DNA of 64,000 nt from Candidatus Adlerbacteria bacterium (GTDB taxonomy: Bacteria > Patescibacteriota > Minisyncoccia > Phycocordibacterales > SBAW01). Below, piece after piece: positions 10,191-20,181 of this stretch. The DNA lies in NCBI GenBank assembly GCA_963749085.1, contig CAVVLG010000003.1:155380-219379 (forward strand), given 5' to 3'. How positions within the stretch are numbered: position 1 is the stretch's first letter; each line of letters starts with the position of its first letter. Below the pieces are notes generated by a model, which made no database searches, had not been told where the DNA came from, and worked only from the letters and a program-made list of their open reading frames with translations. The position numbers were made by a program, and so were the translations under genes.

Positions 10191-12164
10191 TTAAAAATCT
10201 ACTTTAATAGAATCGGGAATTATATCCTCCTTCTTTTTCGGCGTGATGCCGTGGACTACAAGAATCTTTTCGAACTCCTCGCGCTCAAGTGTTTCAACTT
10301 CGACTAAACGGTGCGCGATGGCATCGAGCGTCTTGCGGTGCGTGGTGATGATGTCAGTTGCTTTTTTGTACGCTTCGTCGATGATACGTTTTACTTCGGT
10401 GTCGATTTCGCCGGATACTTTCTCAGAATATTCTTTGCCATTAACACCGGCGCCAAAAAGTGCATGGCCATTATCGCCTTCAAGCGCGACGGTTCCCATT
10501 TTATCGCTCATGCCCCACCGGGTCACCATGTTGCGCGCGAGGTTAGTTAAGACCTGCAGGTCGTTGGAGGGGCCTGTGGTTATGTCACCAAAAACCATTT
10601 TCTCGGCGACGTAACCCCCGAGGCTCATGGCAATGTCGTCCAGAAATTCCTTTTTGCTTTGCATACGTTTGTCTTCAAACGGAAGTTTCAGGGTATAACC
10701 CGCCGCACGACCGCGGGAGATGATAGAAATTTTGTGCACGGGGTCGGCATACGGCAGGAGCGAGGCCACGAGTGCATGTCCCGCTTCGTGGTAGGCGGTT
10801 ATTTCCTTTTCTTTTTTATTCAACACATGCGATTTCCGCTCGGGACCAAGCATCACCTTCTCAATCGAGCGGATAAGGTCGTATTGCGCGACGGTCTTAC
10901 GGTTTTCGCGCGCCGCCAAAATGGCGCCTTCGTTCATAAGCGAGAAGAGATCGGCGCCGGAGAAGCCGGGGGTGCGCTCCGCGACCACTTCGAGATTTAC
11001 GTCCTCGGCGAACGGTTTCTTGCGCGAGTGAATTTTCAAAATTTCAAGACGATCCTGCCGGTCGGGCAGCTCAATGACGACGCGGCGGTCGAAGCGGCCG
11101 GGACGAAGCAGCGCCGGATCAAGCACGTCGGGTCGGTTAGTTGCCGCCATGACGATAACCTTTTCATTCGGTTCGAATCCGTCCATCTCCACCAGAATTT
11201 GGTTGAGCGTCTGTTCGCGCTCGTCGTTGCCGCCGCCCACACCAGTTCCGCGTACGCGTCCCACTGCGTCTATCTCGTCGACGAAGATGATTGCCGGCGC
11301 GGCGCGTTTGGCGGTCAAGAAAAGATCCCTCACGCGGCTCGCACCAACACCGACAAACATTTCAACGAACTCCGAACCCGAGATGGAAAAAAACGGCACA
11401 CCCGCCTCCCCGGCTACTGCGCGTGCAAGAAGTGTCTTTCCCGTGCCCGGTGCGCCCATGAGCAAAATACCCTTGGGTATGCGCGCGCCGATATCGAGGA
11501 ATTTTTTTGGATTTTTCAGAAAATCTACTATTTCAAGCAACTCTTCTTTCGCTTCTTTGGCTCCTGCCACATCCTTGAAGGTCACGCGCGTACCCGCATC
11601 GTTAGGGTCAATGACGCGCGGTTTGCTTTGGCCGAAGGAGAACGCCTGCATGCCGGCGCCCCGCACTTGCCTCGAGAGATACCAGACGAAAAACGCGATT
11701 AAGAGAAGCGGCGCGGCGAAGGGCGCCAACAACTGGAGCCAGAACTCCCAGCCGCTCTGGCTGACGATATTTATCGTGACCTTGTTCATCTGCGTACTCG
11801 AAACACCGTAGTCATACAGCGTCTGGGTGAGCGGCGTGCCCGGTTCTTTTTGCGAGGTTTTCTCGGTCGAGGAGGCATTGTTGTAGATGACGTCAAGGTC
11901 GTCTCCGTTGACGTTTATGGTCGCCACCTTCCCCGCCTCGACGTCCTGCGCTACTTGCGAGATAGGTATTGCCTGCGGCTGGGGGCCGCCGCTGGTTGCA
12001 AAATAGGTGTAGGCACCCGCCAGAAGCAGGAGAAGGAGGACTGTAGTGGCCAGATTCACCCAGAAAGAATCTCCCTGCGGTAATTTGGGGAGCCCGGGCA
12101 TGTTACGGCGCGGTTTGGGGGGCTTTTTATCCCCCTGTGTTTGCTTATTCGGAGCGTCTGCCAT
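10191..12164 (-). CDS. ftsH: ATP-dependent Zn metalloprotease FtsH
   Basis: Two TM segments, [18 protein letters not shown]. Confidence 0.97.
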   Translation of the reverse strand: MADAPNKQTQGDKKPPKPRRNMPGLPKLPQGDSFWVNLATTVLLLLLLAGAYTYFATSGGPQPQAIPISQVAQDVEAGKVATINVNGDDLDVIYNNASSTEKTSQKEPGTPLTQTLYDYGVSSTQMNKVTINIVSQSGWEFWLQLLAPFAAPLLLIAFFVWYLSRQVRGAGMQAFSFGQSKPRVIDPNDAGTRVTFKDVAGAKEAKEELLEIVDFLKNPKKFLDIGARIPKGILLMGAPGTGKTLLARAVAGEAGVPFFSISGSEFVEMFVGVGASRVRDLFLTAKRAAPAIIFVDEIDAVGRVRGTGVGGGNDEREQTLNQILVEMDGFEPNEKVIVMAATNRPDVLDPALLRPGRFDRRVVIELPDRQDRLEILKIHSRKKPFAEDVNLEVVAERTPGFSGADLFSLMNEGAILAARENRKTVAQYDLIRSIEKVMLGPERKSHVLNKKEKEITAYHEAGHALVASLLPYADPVHKISIISRGRAAGYTLKLPFEDKRMQSKKEFLDDIAMSLGGYVAEKMVFGDITTGPSNDLQVLTNLARNMVTRWGMSDKMGTVALEGDNGHALFGAGVNGKEYSEKVSGEIDTEVKRIIDEAYKKATDIITTHRKTLDAIAHRLVEVETLEREEFEKILVVHGITPKKKEDIIPDSIKVDF

Positions 12165-12223
12165 TGCGAAAACATCATAACACTTTCTATGTTTTTTGGC
12201 AAAAAAAATGGTAGAGTGGGCGC

Positions 12224-12667
12224 ATGAACCTGGTTGAACACAAAAAAGCACGGTTGGATTATGAAATCCTCGAAGAATTCGAGGCGGGTATCGAATTATT
12301 CGGTCATGAAGTCAAATCTCTGCGTACGCGACAGGGGAAACTCGAAGGTTCTCACGCCATCGTCAGGAACGGTGAGGCATACGTAGTGGGGATGCAAATT
12401 CCACCCTACCAGCCGGCAAACACGCCTGAAAGTTACGATCCGACACGCAGCCGCCGGTTGCTTTTGACCAAGAAGGAATTGGATGAATTAGAGGCGGCCG
12501 AAGGCAAGAAAGGCTTGACAATTGTTCCACTTTCGGTGTACAATAAGGGTTCGAAGTTAAAACTGCGCCTCGCCATAGCGCGCGGCCGTAAGAAGTATGA
12601 CAAGCGCGATGTCTTGAAGAAGCGCGACGCTGAACGTGAGATTGAAAGAACTTTGAAAAATCAGTAG
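12224..12667 (+). CDS. smpB: SsrA-binding protein
   Basis: EAGIELFGHEVKSLR, GRKKYDKR. Confidence 0.97.
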   Translation: MNLVEHKKARLDYEILEEFEAGIELFGHEVKSLRTRQGKLEGSHAIVRNGEAYVVGMQIPPYQPANTPESYDPTRSRRLLLTKKELDELEAAEGKKGLTIVPLSVYNKGSKLKLRLAIARGRKKYDKRDVLKKRDAEREIERTLKNQ

Positions 12668-12705
12668 GCCGTCCCGAAGAGCGCACAATCGGTTGCGCGC
12701 TGTTC

Positions 12706-13071
12706 GGGAGTGCAAGGCCTAGACAATACATACGTCTCTCTGCACGCAAGAGGGCAGCGGGGTTCTGCTCTAAAAACTCCAAAGATAACTGGCAAGTCAG
12801 TTCAATCACCGTATGCGGTGAACGGTTTCGCTTTCGCTAACGCCTAAGCGACCGCGCTCGCTTCTCCTCTCCTGAAAGAGAAGGCCGAGTGTTATATCTC
12901 GGGATATAGTTTCGCAAACTGATTCTCTGCGAAATTGAAACTTGGAATCTGCGGCGTAATTCGATTTCGTCCGTTTCATACGAATTATGTCAAAGACCTC
13001 AAAGCGCACTAGCTCTTGTAGACCTGCTTATAGATCTGTATTGCACGAGGGTTCGAATCCCTCCACTTCCA
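12706..13071 (+). ncRNA. ssrA: tmRNA; tag ORF 12791-12847 encodes GKSVQSPYAVNGFAFANA
   Basis: GGGAGTG pairs with CACTTCC-A giving a G3-U pair; T-arm GAGGGTTCGAATCCCTC; ATAACT before resume codon; directly after smpB. Confidence 0.9.
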
Positions 13072-13194
13072 CAAATTCAAAAGCCCTTATTTTTCAAGGC
13101 TTTACAGAGCCAGATGACAGGTGGTTGGAACCGCCGTTTTTGAGGAAATTGTTAATTTAAGCCTTGGAATAAGGAGTTTTTGCGGTTCGAATTC
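13069..13194 (+). repeat. ~125-bp imperfect direct repeat, copy 1 (fold-back arm)
   Basis: CCACAAATTCAAAAGCCCTTATTTTTCAAGGCT...GCGGTTCGA recurs at 13727-13852. Confidence 0.85.
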
Positions 13195-13306
13195 AGTTAC
13201 TTCTATCTCGAGTTTGAATCCATCTCAGCTTTTACGTTAAAATTGACAGCGTAGTCTTTGTATGTTATCTTACTTGCAGTCTTAGTCCCAAGCAGGAGAA
13301 GTACAG

Positions 13307-13516
13307 ATGAATAATATCACGAGAATGGGTGTGGTCGCTTTGAGTTGGTTCTTGGTGTCCGTCTCTGCCACCTGGGCATTTACAACGCTCATCCCCGGCT
13401 GTCTGCTTGGATATTTCTGTCTAGGCAAGGAGGGAGGAAAGGAACTTACCAGAACAATCGTCCTTTCCCCACTTCTTTGGACAAGAAGGTTCGTTGTATT
13501 GTCGAATAGCAACTAG
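13307..13516 (+). CDS. Small membrane protein (cassette cargo)
   Basis: TTGACA promoter, AGGAG SD, downstream terminator. Confidence 0.5.
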   Translation: MNNITRMGVVALSWFLVSVSATWAFTTLIPGCLLGYFCLGKEGGKELTRTIVLSPLLWTRRFVVLSNSN

Positions 13517-13591
13517 GGACAATCTTCAAACAACTTGGATCTGATACCCCGCGCCATCAGCAATGATAAGCGCGGGTTTTTCTTTTATTTG

Positions 13592-13660
13592 CTTGGCAAC
13601 TTTGCAATGTATAAATGTATATACGTATTACCAAATTGCCAAGGAGTTCTATTTTGAACA
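13592..13660 (+). repeat. Palindromic arm CTTGGCAAC...GTATATACGTATTACCAA.TTGCCAAGGAGTT, copy 1
   Basis: Recurs at 15830-15890. Confidence 0.8.
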
Positions 13661-13707
13661 AAATAGAATCACCACAATAGAATATTCACAGAAGCAGTGA
13701 CAAGTCC

Positions 13708-13731
13708 TAATTCGGACAAGACAGCTCCACA
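13708..13731 (+). repeat. att-like motif TAATTCGGACAAGACAGCTCCACA
   Basis: Recurs at 14438-14466 and 15875-15903; resembles the tmRNA 3' end TTCG...TCCACA. Confidence 0.75.
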
Positions 13732-13852
13732 AATCCAAAAGCCCTTATTTTTCAAGGCTCTACAGAGCCAGGTAACGGGTGGTTAGAACCGCTGTTTTTG
13801 AGGAAATCGTTACAATAAGCCTTTAAATAAGGGTTTCATGCGGTTCGACTCC
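13727..13852 (+). repeat. ~125-bp imperfect direct repeat, copy 2
   Basis: Aligns by eye with 13069-13194. Confidence 0.85.
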
Positions 13853-13949
13853 TGTTTTCTCTCCTGGTTCAGATTCTACTTGACAGAGGTGAATTTTAGT
13901 GTATAATTAATATAGGTTCATCGACACCAAAGCACACAGGAGATCTGTC

Positions 13950-14363
13950 ATGGGGTACTACTTCCCGAAAGCAAGGTCTCTGAAAGACCTTGACCTGCAG
14001 CAGCAAGAGCGATACAAAATCCTTCGCTCGACAGGTAGAAATCAACAGCCAGCACTTCTCAGCCGGATCGAAACAGTTGAAAAGCATGCTGGTCCAATCA
14101 CCTCGGGTGAAATCTGGTCAGCTCTCGAAGAGCTTCTCCAAGATGTCTTCGTCACATGGATACTCGCGGGAGAAGATCCTGAGAAAGTCCAGTGGGTCGA
14201 TCCAGAGGATCTGACTGAACCGACACCTCCTCCGACCGAAGAAGAAAAGCTTAAAACACGGGAGTGGTTGGAAAGTTTATCTAAACGACCGGGGTATAGG
14301 ATACCACAACCGAAGGTAACTTTGTGGGGATTGCTCCGGTCATTCATTCACAGAAGTTCCTGA
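13950..14363 (+). CDS. Hypothetical protein (cassette cargo)
   Basis: TTGACA..TATAAT promoter, AGGAG SD, terminator ~14381-14410. Confidence 0.65.
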   Translation: MGYYFPKARSLKDLDLQQQERYKILRSTGRNQQPALLSRIETVEKHAGPITSGEIWSALEELLQDVFVTWILAGEDPEKVQWVDPEDLTEPTPPPTEEEKLKTREWLESLSKRPGYRIPQPKVTLWGLLRSFIHRSS

Positions 14364-14437
14364 GTCATTGCCGACATACTCGCCGCCTTTCGCAAGAGAG
14401 GCGGTTTCTATTTATTAGTACTTTCTTACCTTAAACA

Positions 14438-14466
14438 AGTTATAATTCGGACAAAACATCTCCGCC
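14438..14466 (+). repeat. att-like motif, copy 2
   Basis: AGTTATAATTCGGACAAAACATCTCCGCC. Confidence 0.7.
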
Positions 14467-14538
14467 TGCTTGACGATGTTCGAACCGCTTTTGGTGTTAT
14501 GCTGTGAAGAGGTTATTTATTAGTTTCTATTTATTTTT

Positions 14539-14952
14539 ATGGCACTCACCTATTTTCTCGCTCAAGTGATAGGGCTGTATCTATTGATTGTAGGACTCAC
14601 CATGCTCTTTTGGAAAAAGCGCTGGATGAATGTCCTTCACGAGTTTTGCCAAAGCCAAGGTGAAACGCTTAGATATATGCTGGGGATAGTAGCTCTTCCT
14701 TTCGGACTTCTATTGGTCTTAGTACATAACTACTGGAACATGGGGGTGCTCGCATTGGTAGTGACGCTTTTCGGGTGGATAATCTTGCTTAAAAGCATTC
14801 TGGTGTTGTTTGTGTTTTCTCCAGAACAGATGGGCCGCTTAGTCAAAGTTTTTTGGATAGAGCAATGGTGGTATGTCTACGTTGTAATAATGTTAATCAT
14901 TGGCGCGTACTTGACGCATGCCGGGTTTACTCAAACTGGGCTGTTGCACTAG
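14539..14952 (+). CDS. Four-TM membrane protein
   Basis: Hydrophobic ORF with LVHNYW and FGWIILLK. Confidence 0.75.
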   Translation: MALTYFLAQVIGLYLLIVGLTMLFWKKRWMNVLHEFCQSQGETLRYMLGIVALPFGLLLVLVHNYWNMGVLALVVTLFGWIILLKSILVLFVFSPEQMGRLVKVFWIEQWWYVYVVIMLIIGAYLTHAGFTQTGLLH

Positions 14953-15175
14953 CACACAATCAACTTCCAGCTCCACTCACAACTTTCTAATTCGAACTCT
15001 AAGCTATGCCTCAGTATTTGGGGATTTAGCGGTTTGAATCATTCCGATCGCCTCTCAAGTTCGGTTTGGTTAGAACACTTTTTACGAACGTCGGTTTGAT
15101 AACCTCGTATCGGACATCCAACTATGGGGTGGAAAGGTGATAGAATAAAAGGATTATAAATCTTTTAAAATATGT

Positions 15176-15643
15176 ATGAATAAACGAGTGACAATAGCTG
15201 CGAATATACTTCGCCTGCTCCTAGGGTGGTTTATGTTCGTCGACGGTCTGCAAATCCTGCTCACTCCAAATTGGAGCGCGAGCAGTTTCCTTCTTGGCGC
15301 AAAAACCTTCCCCGCTTTCTATGCATGGTTCGCTCTGCCGAGCAACGGATGGTGGGTCAATCCTCTGAATGCGTGGGGTATCACACTCGTCGGGGTCGCA
15401 CTACTTCTCGGAGTCGGGACCCGGCCTGCGGCGTGGGCTGGGGCGGCACTCATGATTCTCTATTACTTCCCGCACTATGCGTTCCCGATCGTGCCAAATG
15501 GGTTCATCGTTGAAGATCATATTATCTACGCTTCGGCATTTGTGCTCGTTGCCGTCTTTCCGGCCGCGCAATCCTTCGGTCTCGCCCGATACCTTCGCGA
15601 AACGTTCTTGGAGCGGATACCGGTCGTGAGTGCATTACTATAG
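15176..15643 (+). CDS. DoxX/DoxD-family membrane protein
   Basis: LRLLLGWFMF, GVALLLGVGTR, IVEDHIIY. Confidence 0.8.
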   Translation: MNKRVTIAANILRLLLGWFMFVDGLQILLTPNWSASSFLLGAKTFPAFYAWFALPSNGWWVNPLNAWGITLVGVALLLGVGTRPAAWAGAALMILYYFPHYAFPIVPNGFIVEDHIIYASAFVLVAVFPAAQSFGLARYLRETFLERIPVVSALL

Positions 15644-15829
15644 GTACGGCCCGCAACACGTTTTCAGATGGAATCTTCCATTAAGGGTGGTCTCCACGAC
15701 CCATGGTCGTCCAAGCCCGAGAACATCGACGGCGGAACGACTCTCCTCGAAGGCGCCGGCTTAGGGTGACACTACCCAACGCCAGCACAAAGCCCCGCGC
15801 AAATGCGGGGTTATTTTTTACTCTTTTTA

Positions 15830-15903
15830 CTTAGCAACTTAGCAACGTATATACGTATTACCAAGTTGCCAAGGAGTTATAATTTGGACAAGACAACTCC
15901 ACA
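15830..15903 (+). repeat. Palindromic arm copy 2 plus att-like motif copy 3
   Basis: CTTAGCAACTTAGCAACGTATATACGTATTACCAAGTTGCCAAGGAGTTATAATTTGGACAAGACAACTCCACA. Confidence 0.8.
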
Positions 15904-15971
15904 TTGCTGAAAAATCCTCCTAGCTGGGAGGATTTTTCTATTTACGAAACCGTGCGATAACCTATTTCTAT

Positions 15972-16103
15972 CTATGGTGTCGTTGAAGTAGTGGCTGGGG
16001 CTGTGGTCGCACTTGAAGACGAGCTCGAGTACCACCACCACCACCCAAGACCAATGACGACAACTACGATGACCACAATCCACACAATGGTTGACGTTTT
16101 CAT
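15972..16103 (-). CDS. 43-aa single-TM protein with Ser/Thr tail
   Basis: MKTSTIVWIVVIVVVVIGLGWWWWYSSSSSSATTAP..., translated by hand. Confidence 0.65.
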   Translation of the reverse strand: MKTSTIVWIVVIVVVVIGLGWWWWYSSSSSSATTAPATTSTTP

Positions 16104-16211
16104 ACTCTTAATAATTAACTGATACCATCGTAAGCATAGCATGGAATTTGTGCGGTAAAGCCATCCAAGCGGGAAAAACCCTTTAAACCCTGAGGGGTGT
16201 AGAATAAGGGG

Positions 16212-16421
16212 GTGCTTTTTTCCTTCCTATTCATATGGGGCTCAGTATTTTCGGTTATTGCGGGTGCGATAGCGTTCCTTATTTCCTACAAGGAAATGGT
16301 GCATCATTATGTGCAAAAAAAAGAGCCGCTCAAACAAGCCTCACAGACCGGCATCCTCACCTTCCTATTTTTCATGGCGATAACGATCGCACTGGCATTC
16401 GGCTTGCCTTCCCTGTTCTAA
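16212..16421 (+). CDS. Small two-TM protein
   Basis: Hydrophobic ORF, TAGAAT -10 just upstream. Confidence 0.6.
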   Translation: MLFSFLFIWGSVFSVIAGAIAFLISYKEMVHHYVQKKEPLKQASQTGILTFLFFMAITIALAFGLPSLF

Positions 16422-16439
16422 TTCCAATCAATACTTATC

Positions 16440-16928
16440 ATGAAAGAAGTGTACATACGAAATATCATCTTCGGCATCGCCGACAGTTTAGTGTCGACCG
16501 TGGGGCTTCTCGCAGGCATTGACGTTGCGGGTAGCACCCATTCCACCATTATTTTGACCGGTATAGTGTACGCATTTGTCGAATCTCTTTCGATGGCGAT
16601 GGGGAGCTTTCTTTCCGAAGAAGCGACCGAGGAGTTCGAAACTAAAAACGAACACACTTCGACGGCACCGACTGTTGCCGGAGTCGTCATGTTTCTATCA
16701 TTTCTTCTTGCATCGTTCATTCCCCTCTTTCCGTACGTGATTACTGCGTCCTTCTTTGCATTATGGATCTCCATAGGACTTTCGCTTTTCACGCTCTTCA
16801 TAGTTGGTATCGTGATGGCAAAACTTTCAAACATTAAGCTCCTGCGACACGCGGTCAAAATGGTGCTGCTGGGCGGCGCGGCAATACTCGTCGGCGTCAT
16901 CGTCGGCAGATACATCCACATCCAGTAG
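16440..16928 (+). CDS. VIT1/CCC1-family transporter
   Basis: IIFGIADSLVS, SMAMGSFLSE, ASFIPLFPY. Confidence 0.88.
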   Translation: MKEVYIRNIIFGIADSLVSTVGLLAGIDVAGSTHSTIILTGIVYAFVESLSMAMGSFLSEEATEEFETKNEHTSTAPTVAGVVMFLSFLLASFIPLFPYVITASFFALWISIGLSLFTLFIVGIVMAKLSNIKLLRHAVKMVLLGGAAILVGVIVGRYIHIQ

Positions 16929-16930
16929 TG

Positions 16931-18064
16931 TTACTGATACTGGATGAATGACGGCTGCGGAGTGAGCTTGAGTATTTGCGCCGGGGTCAGCATGCCGGAA
17001 CTCGGCGGCAACAGATCGTTTTTATAGAATAGTTTAAAACCCGTAAACTGCACCGGCTCGCCGGCTATAAAGTCGTCATAGGTGGTTATTTTTTTAGCCG
17101 GCGCCCCCCAGCCATCCATATCCATGACTATCTCAACCTGCGGCAGCGGTCGAATCTCTTGATAATTGGTCACCATGTCCTGCGTAAAACGATGCACGAC
17201 CAAGATCTTGGGCGGCAGGTTGTTCTCCGTAACCAGGGTCGCTAAGAAATTAGCAGCAAAATTGATATCGCTTGCATCAAGACTGCCGATAGCGGTATCG
17301 GGACGCTCCCCATTGTGCATCGCGAATTCCGGATCAAGAGAAAGCTCCACCTGGGGGAGACTCAGGTAAGGTGCGAGAAGCGGAACTTCAGTCTCCACAG
17401 TGCTCAACCCCACCTGCACGTCGAGAAACACCAGGCCGTGCACCTGCGCGGCCATGCTGATAGCCTGCTCTATTTGGCTCGCTGGCATCCGCAGTCGATA
17501 CTTCCCGTCGGAACCGGGACTCCCCTGTGCAGTTACAGCAATGTAGTCTATCGCAGGGATAACCGGCGTCGTCGGATCGGCGGCTTGCCACTCGGCGCTC
17601 GTACTTGCAAGCATCTGCAGCACCTGCGAAGGTGGATATTCTCCGAGCACCCCCATCTGAGTTGAGTAAAAATTACCGTAGTAGGCCACGATGCGGTAAA
17701 ACGGCAGTACCGCTCCTGCTTCGGGATAGACAGTCTTGACCGGCCACAGCGAGGTGCTCGTGGCTTCAACGACAGTAGTCGAAGAGATAGTCATCGTTGA
17801 AGAACCGGCTAGGGGAACCTGCACAACTACGGTACGGACGGGCTCGTTGGCGATGGCGATAAGTTTTTGATCATACGCCGCTATGTCGAGCATGGGTGCG
17901 GGATCGGTTTTCGATGGATTGGTGTCCGTAACAATTGCATACTCCACTGAAAAAAGACCTGAGGAGTCGACAAAATATGCAAGTGCCGCGCATGCCGCGC
18001 ACAACACGACACCTCCGGTTATGAGCGAGAGGAGATCTTTGTATTTTTTTAAAAAATGACGCAT
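16931..18064 (-). CDS. Membrane-anchored extracellular protein, unknown function
   Basis: N-terminal TM; RIVAYYG, LSLDPEF, MDGWG, GFKLFY. Confidence 0.75.
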   Translation of the reverse strand: MRHFLKKYKDLLSLITGGVVLCAACAALAYFVDSSGLFSVEYAIVTDTNPSKTDPAPMLDIAAYDQKLIAIANEPVRTVVVQVPLAGSSTMTISSTTVVEATSTSLWPVKTVYPEAGAVLPFYRIVAYYGNFYSTQMGVLGEYPPSQVLQMLASTSAEWQAADPTTPVIPAIDYIAVTAQGSPGSDGKYRLRMPASQIEQAISMAAQVHGLVFLDVQVGLSTVETEVPLLAPYLSLPQVELSLDPEFAMHNGERPDTAIGSLDASDINFAANFLATLVTENNLPPKILVVHRFTQDMVTNYQEIRPLPQVEIVMDMDGWGAPAKKITTYDDFIAGEPVQFTGFKLFYKNDLLPPSSGMLTPAQILKLTPQPSFIQYQ

Positions 18065-18233
18065 GTATCTGCGATAGTAGCATTAATAGGGCAAACGCGA
18101 AGCGAAGAAGGGAGCATTTCTAAACAGTAAATACGTATTCGAGGGGCAATTCCCACCCCTTGACTGCAGGGAAGAGAGAGCCATTATACTAAGGTCACGG
18201 TCCATTATCGATTAATTAATAGCATATTTTTAT

Positions 18234-18788
18234 ATGTCAAAGCTTAAATGGGATTGGATAATTCTAGTGGCAGTCGTCGTCATCATTATTATCGCGTTTT
18301 GGTGGAGTGGCATCTTCGGCACGAGTGCCCCAGCGCAGCAATCGGCTGCCACGGTCAATAGCGTCAATTCGCTCCTCACTGAAGCCATCGCCGCTATCGA
18401 TGCTCAGATAGCCATCATCAACATCGAAGTACCGGCGCTTAGTACTACTTCTTCGAAAACACAGATAGGCACGGTTGCTGGGAACTTCCAGACAGTCGCC
18501 AACCTTATCAGGACGCTCTCGATTACCTTAGGGGCAGACATTAGCAACGCGCACAATGCGGGCACTTCGAGTGCTTCTACCGCTGCGGCCCAGGCGGCAC
18601 TGCAGGATCTCAGCCGTCAACTCTCGAACATGACTTCGCAGGCAAATGCGGCGGATGAGAACGTCATGGCCACCTCTTCGACAACTGCAACGCTTCAGCA
18701 TTCAATCACACAGTTCAAAGTGGCGCAGACTGATCTCAAAGCAGCTCGTGCTGACATCACTACCATCGTGCAAAAACTCGATATCTAG
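18234..18788 (+). CDS. Membrane-anchored helical Ala/Thr-rich protein
   Basis: TM plus helical body; own promoter and terminator. Confidence 0.7.
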   Translation: MSKLKWDWIILVAVVVIIIIAFWWSGIFGTSAPAQQSAATVNSVNSLLTEAIAAIDAQIAIINIEVPALSTTSSKTQIGTVAGNFQTVANLIRTLSITLGADISNAHNAGTSSASTAAAQAALQDLSRQLSNMTSQANAADENVMATSSTTATLQHSITQFKVAQTDLKAARADITTIVQKLDI

Positions 18789-18838
18789 TAGACCTTCAGA
18801 TCTAAAGAACACAAACCCCCCCGATCGGGGGGGTTTGT

Positions 18839-19759
18839 TTAGCGCCACATAACGGAGAAGGAGAAGGTGGTCACAAAGCCCGAAGGAAAAAATTCATAGA
18901 AACGACCCCTGCCGCGGCGGCCGATAGTAATAGTTATCGGTATCGAAGTTACACCCGTGGAGGTCGCGGTCTGCAGCACGTGCCAGCGGTGACCAAAACC
19001 TTGGATGGCAGTGACGCTGGCCGAAGCATTGGTGCGTGTGACCGTAAAGGACGCCCCATCGCCTCCTAAGGTCGAGACGGTCGCAAGCGCCTCACCCTGC
19101 CCATTTATCATCTGAAGCGGCTGCGCACCCGATTGCGAGATGTCTTCCTCCTGACCATTTACCACCGAGGAGCCGTTACTGAAAGAAACGCTACCGAAAG
19201 AATCGAGTGGTAGGAAGGTACTGTTGCCGTTACTCACCATTTCTTCAACCCATTCGGCCGAGGACAACGATGAGTCGTACGTAAGCGTCGTTTGATAGCT
19301 CTGTCCAGTCGACGTATCTTTTATAGTGACCAGCCATTCGTTCGGTGACTCCTCACTCACGCTCGCGGTCACCGAATCACCGCTTTGGACGGAGAGCGGG
19401 ACTGTTTGCGAAAAGCCGGGAAGCGTCTCCACCCACGCGTTGTAGGTGATGGTCCCGTCTTCAACGACCGCCTGCGTGCCTGCCTGGATGAGGTCGGTGG
19501 TTTTGACACCGCCGATACCGATCCAGGTTGCGTCGGCGGTGCTAGAGGTTCCATCCAAAACGGTCGGCACCACCCATGAACCGATGACTGAGGTGTAGGT
19601 GCCTTGCTCGGTTACATAGCCGGACCAGTTGAGCGAAGCATCACCTTGCGGGACGTTCAATTGTTGAGCGTGTGAGAGCGTTTGTGCATAGACAGGCTGC
19701 GTTATAAGCAAACCCGCGAGTAAGAATAGAATGACAAAGAGGTTTTTTAGATATCGCAT
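18839..19759 (-). CDS. Secreted G1 glutamic peptidase
   Basis: SLNWSGY, WIGIGG, LIQAGT (Gln), SAEWVEE (Glu). Confidence 0.85.
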   Translation of the reverse strand: MRYLKNLFVILFLLAGLLITQPVYAQTLSHAQQLNVPQGDASLNWSGYVTEQGTYTSVIGSWVVPTVLDGTSSTADATWIGIGGVKTTDLIQAGTQAVVEDGTITYNAWVETLPGFSQTVPLSVQSGDSVTASVSEESPNEWLVTIKDTSTGQSYQTTLTYDSSLSSAEWVEEMVSNGNSTFLPLDSFGSVSFSNGSSVVNGQEEDISQSGAQPLQMINGQGEALATVSTLGGDGASFTVTRTNASASVTAIQGFGHRWHVLQTATSTGVTSIPITITIGRRGRGRFYEFFPSGFVTTFSFSVMWR

Positions 19760-20181
19760 ACTATCGTAGACAGTTAGGTTCATACCATACTTACGCAAAC
19801 AACCGCATAAGCGGTCTTTTTTAATTCATATTCATAACATTTACAGAATTGAAATCCATTGTAATATAGAGTTAGCTGAACCGTGTGGAGGAAAGAACAA
19901 TGTCGTTTGCAGCGCACTTTTTTGAAATGTTGTTAGGAACCCGTGAAAAACGCGCCTCAATCCCAGATCGGCGCAACTTCGGTCTACCGACGAACGAAAG
20001 CAAGCTCGACAAAGTCCCGAGTATCCAGAGTGTCGAGCACGAGAAACATCTCGCCGCCCTTGAGAACCAAAATCGATAACATAACCAGTTCCAGGGAGAG
20101 CCCCAATTCCCAACGGGGCTTTTCTTTTTTCTGATTGTCTTTTTGGGGCTGTGTGATACACTTCTAAGCAACAAGACCACT

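Noticed and set aside
10659-11811. Long antisense ORFs over ftsH (and similar ones over tuf, rny, nusA and ribosomal genes)
   Set aside because: These are shadow frames of conserved genes with no motifs of their own.
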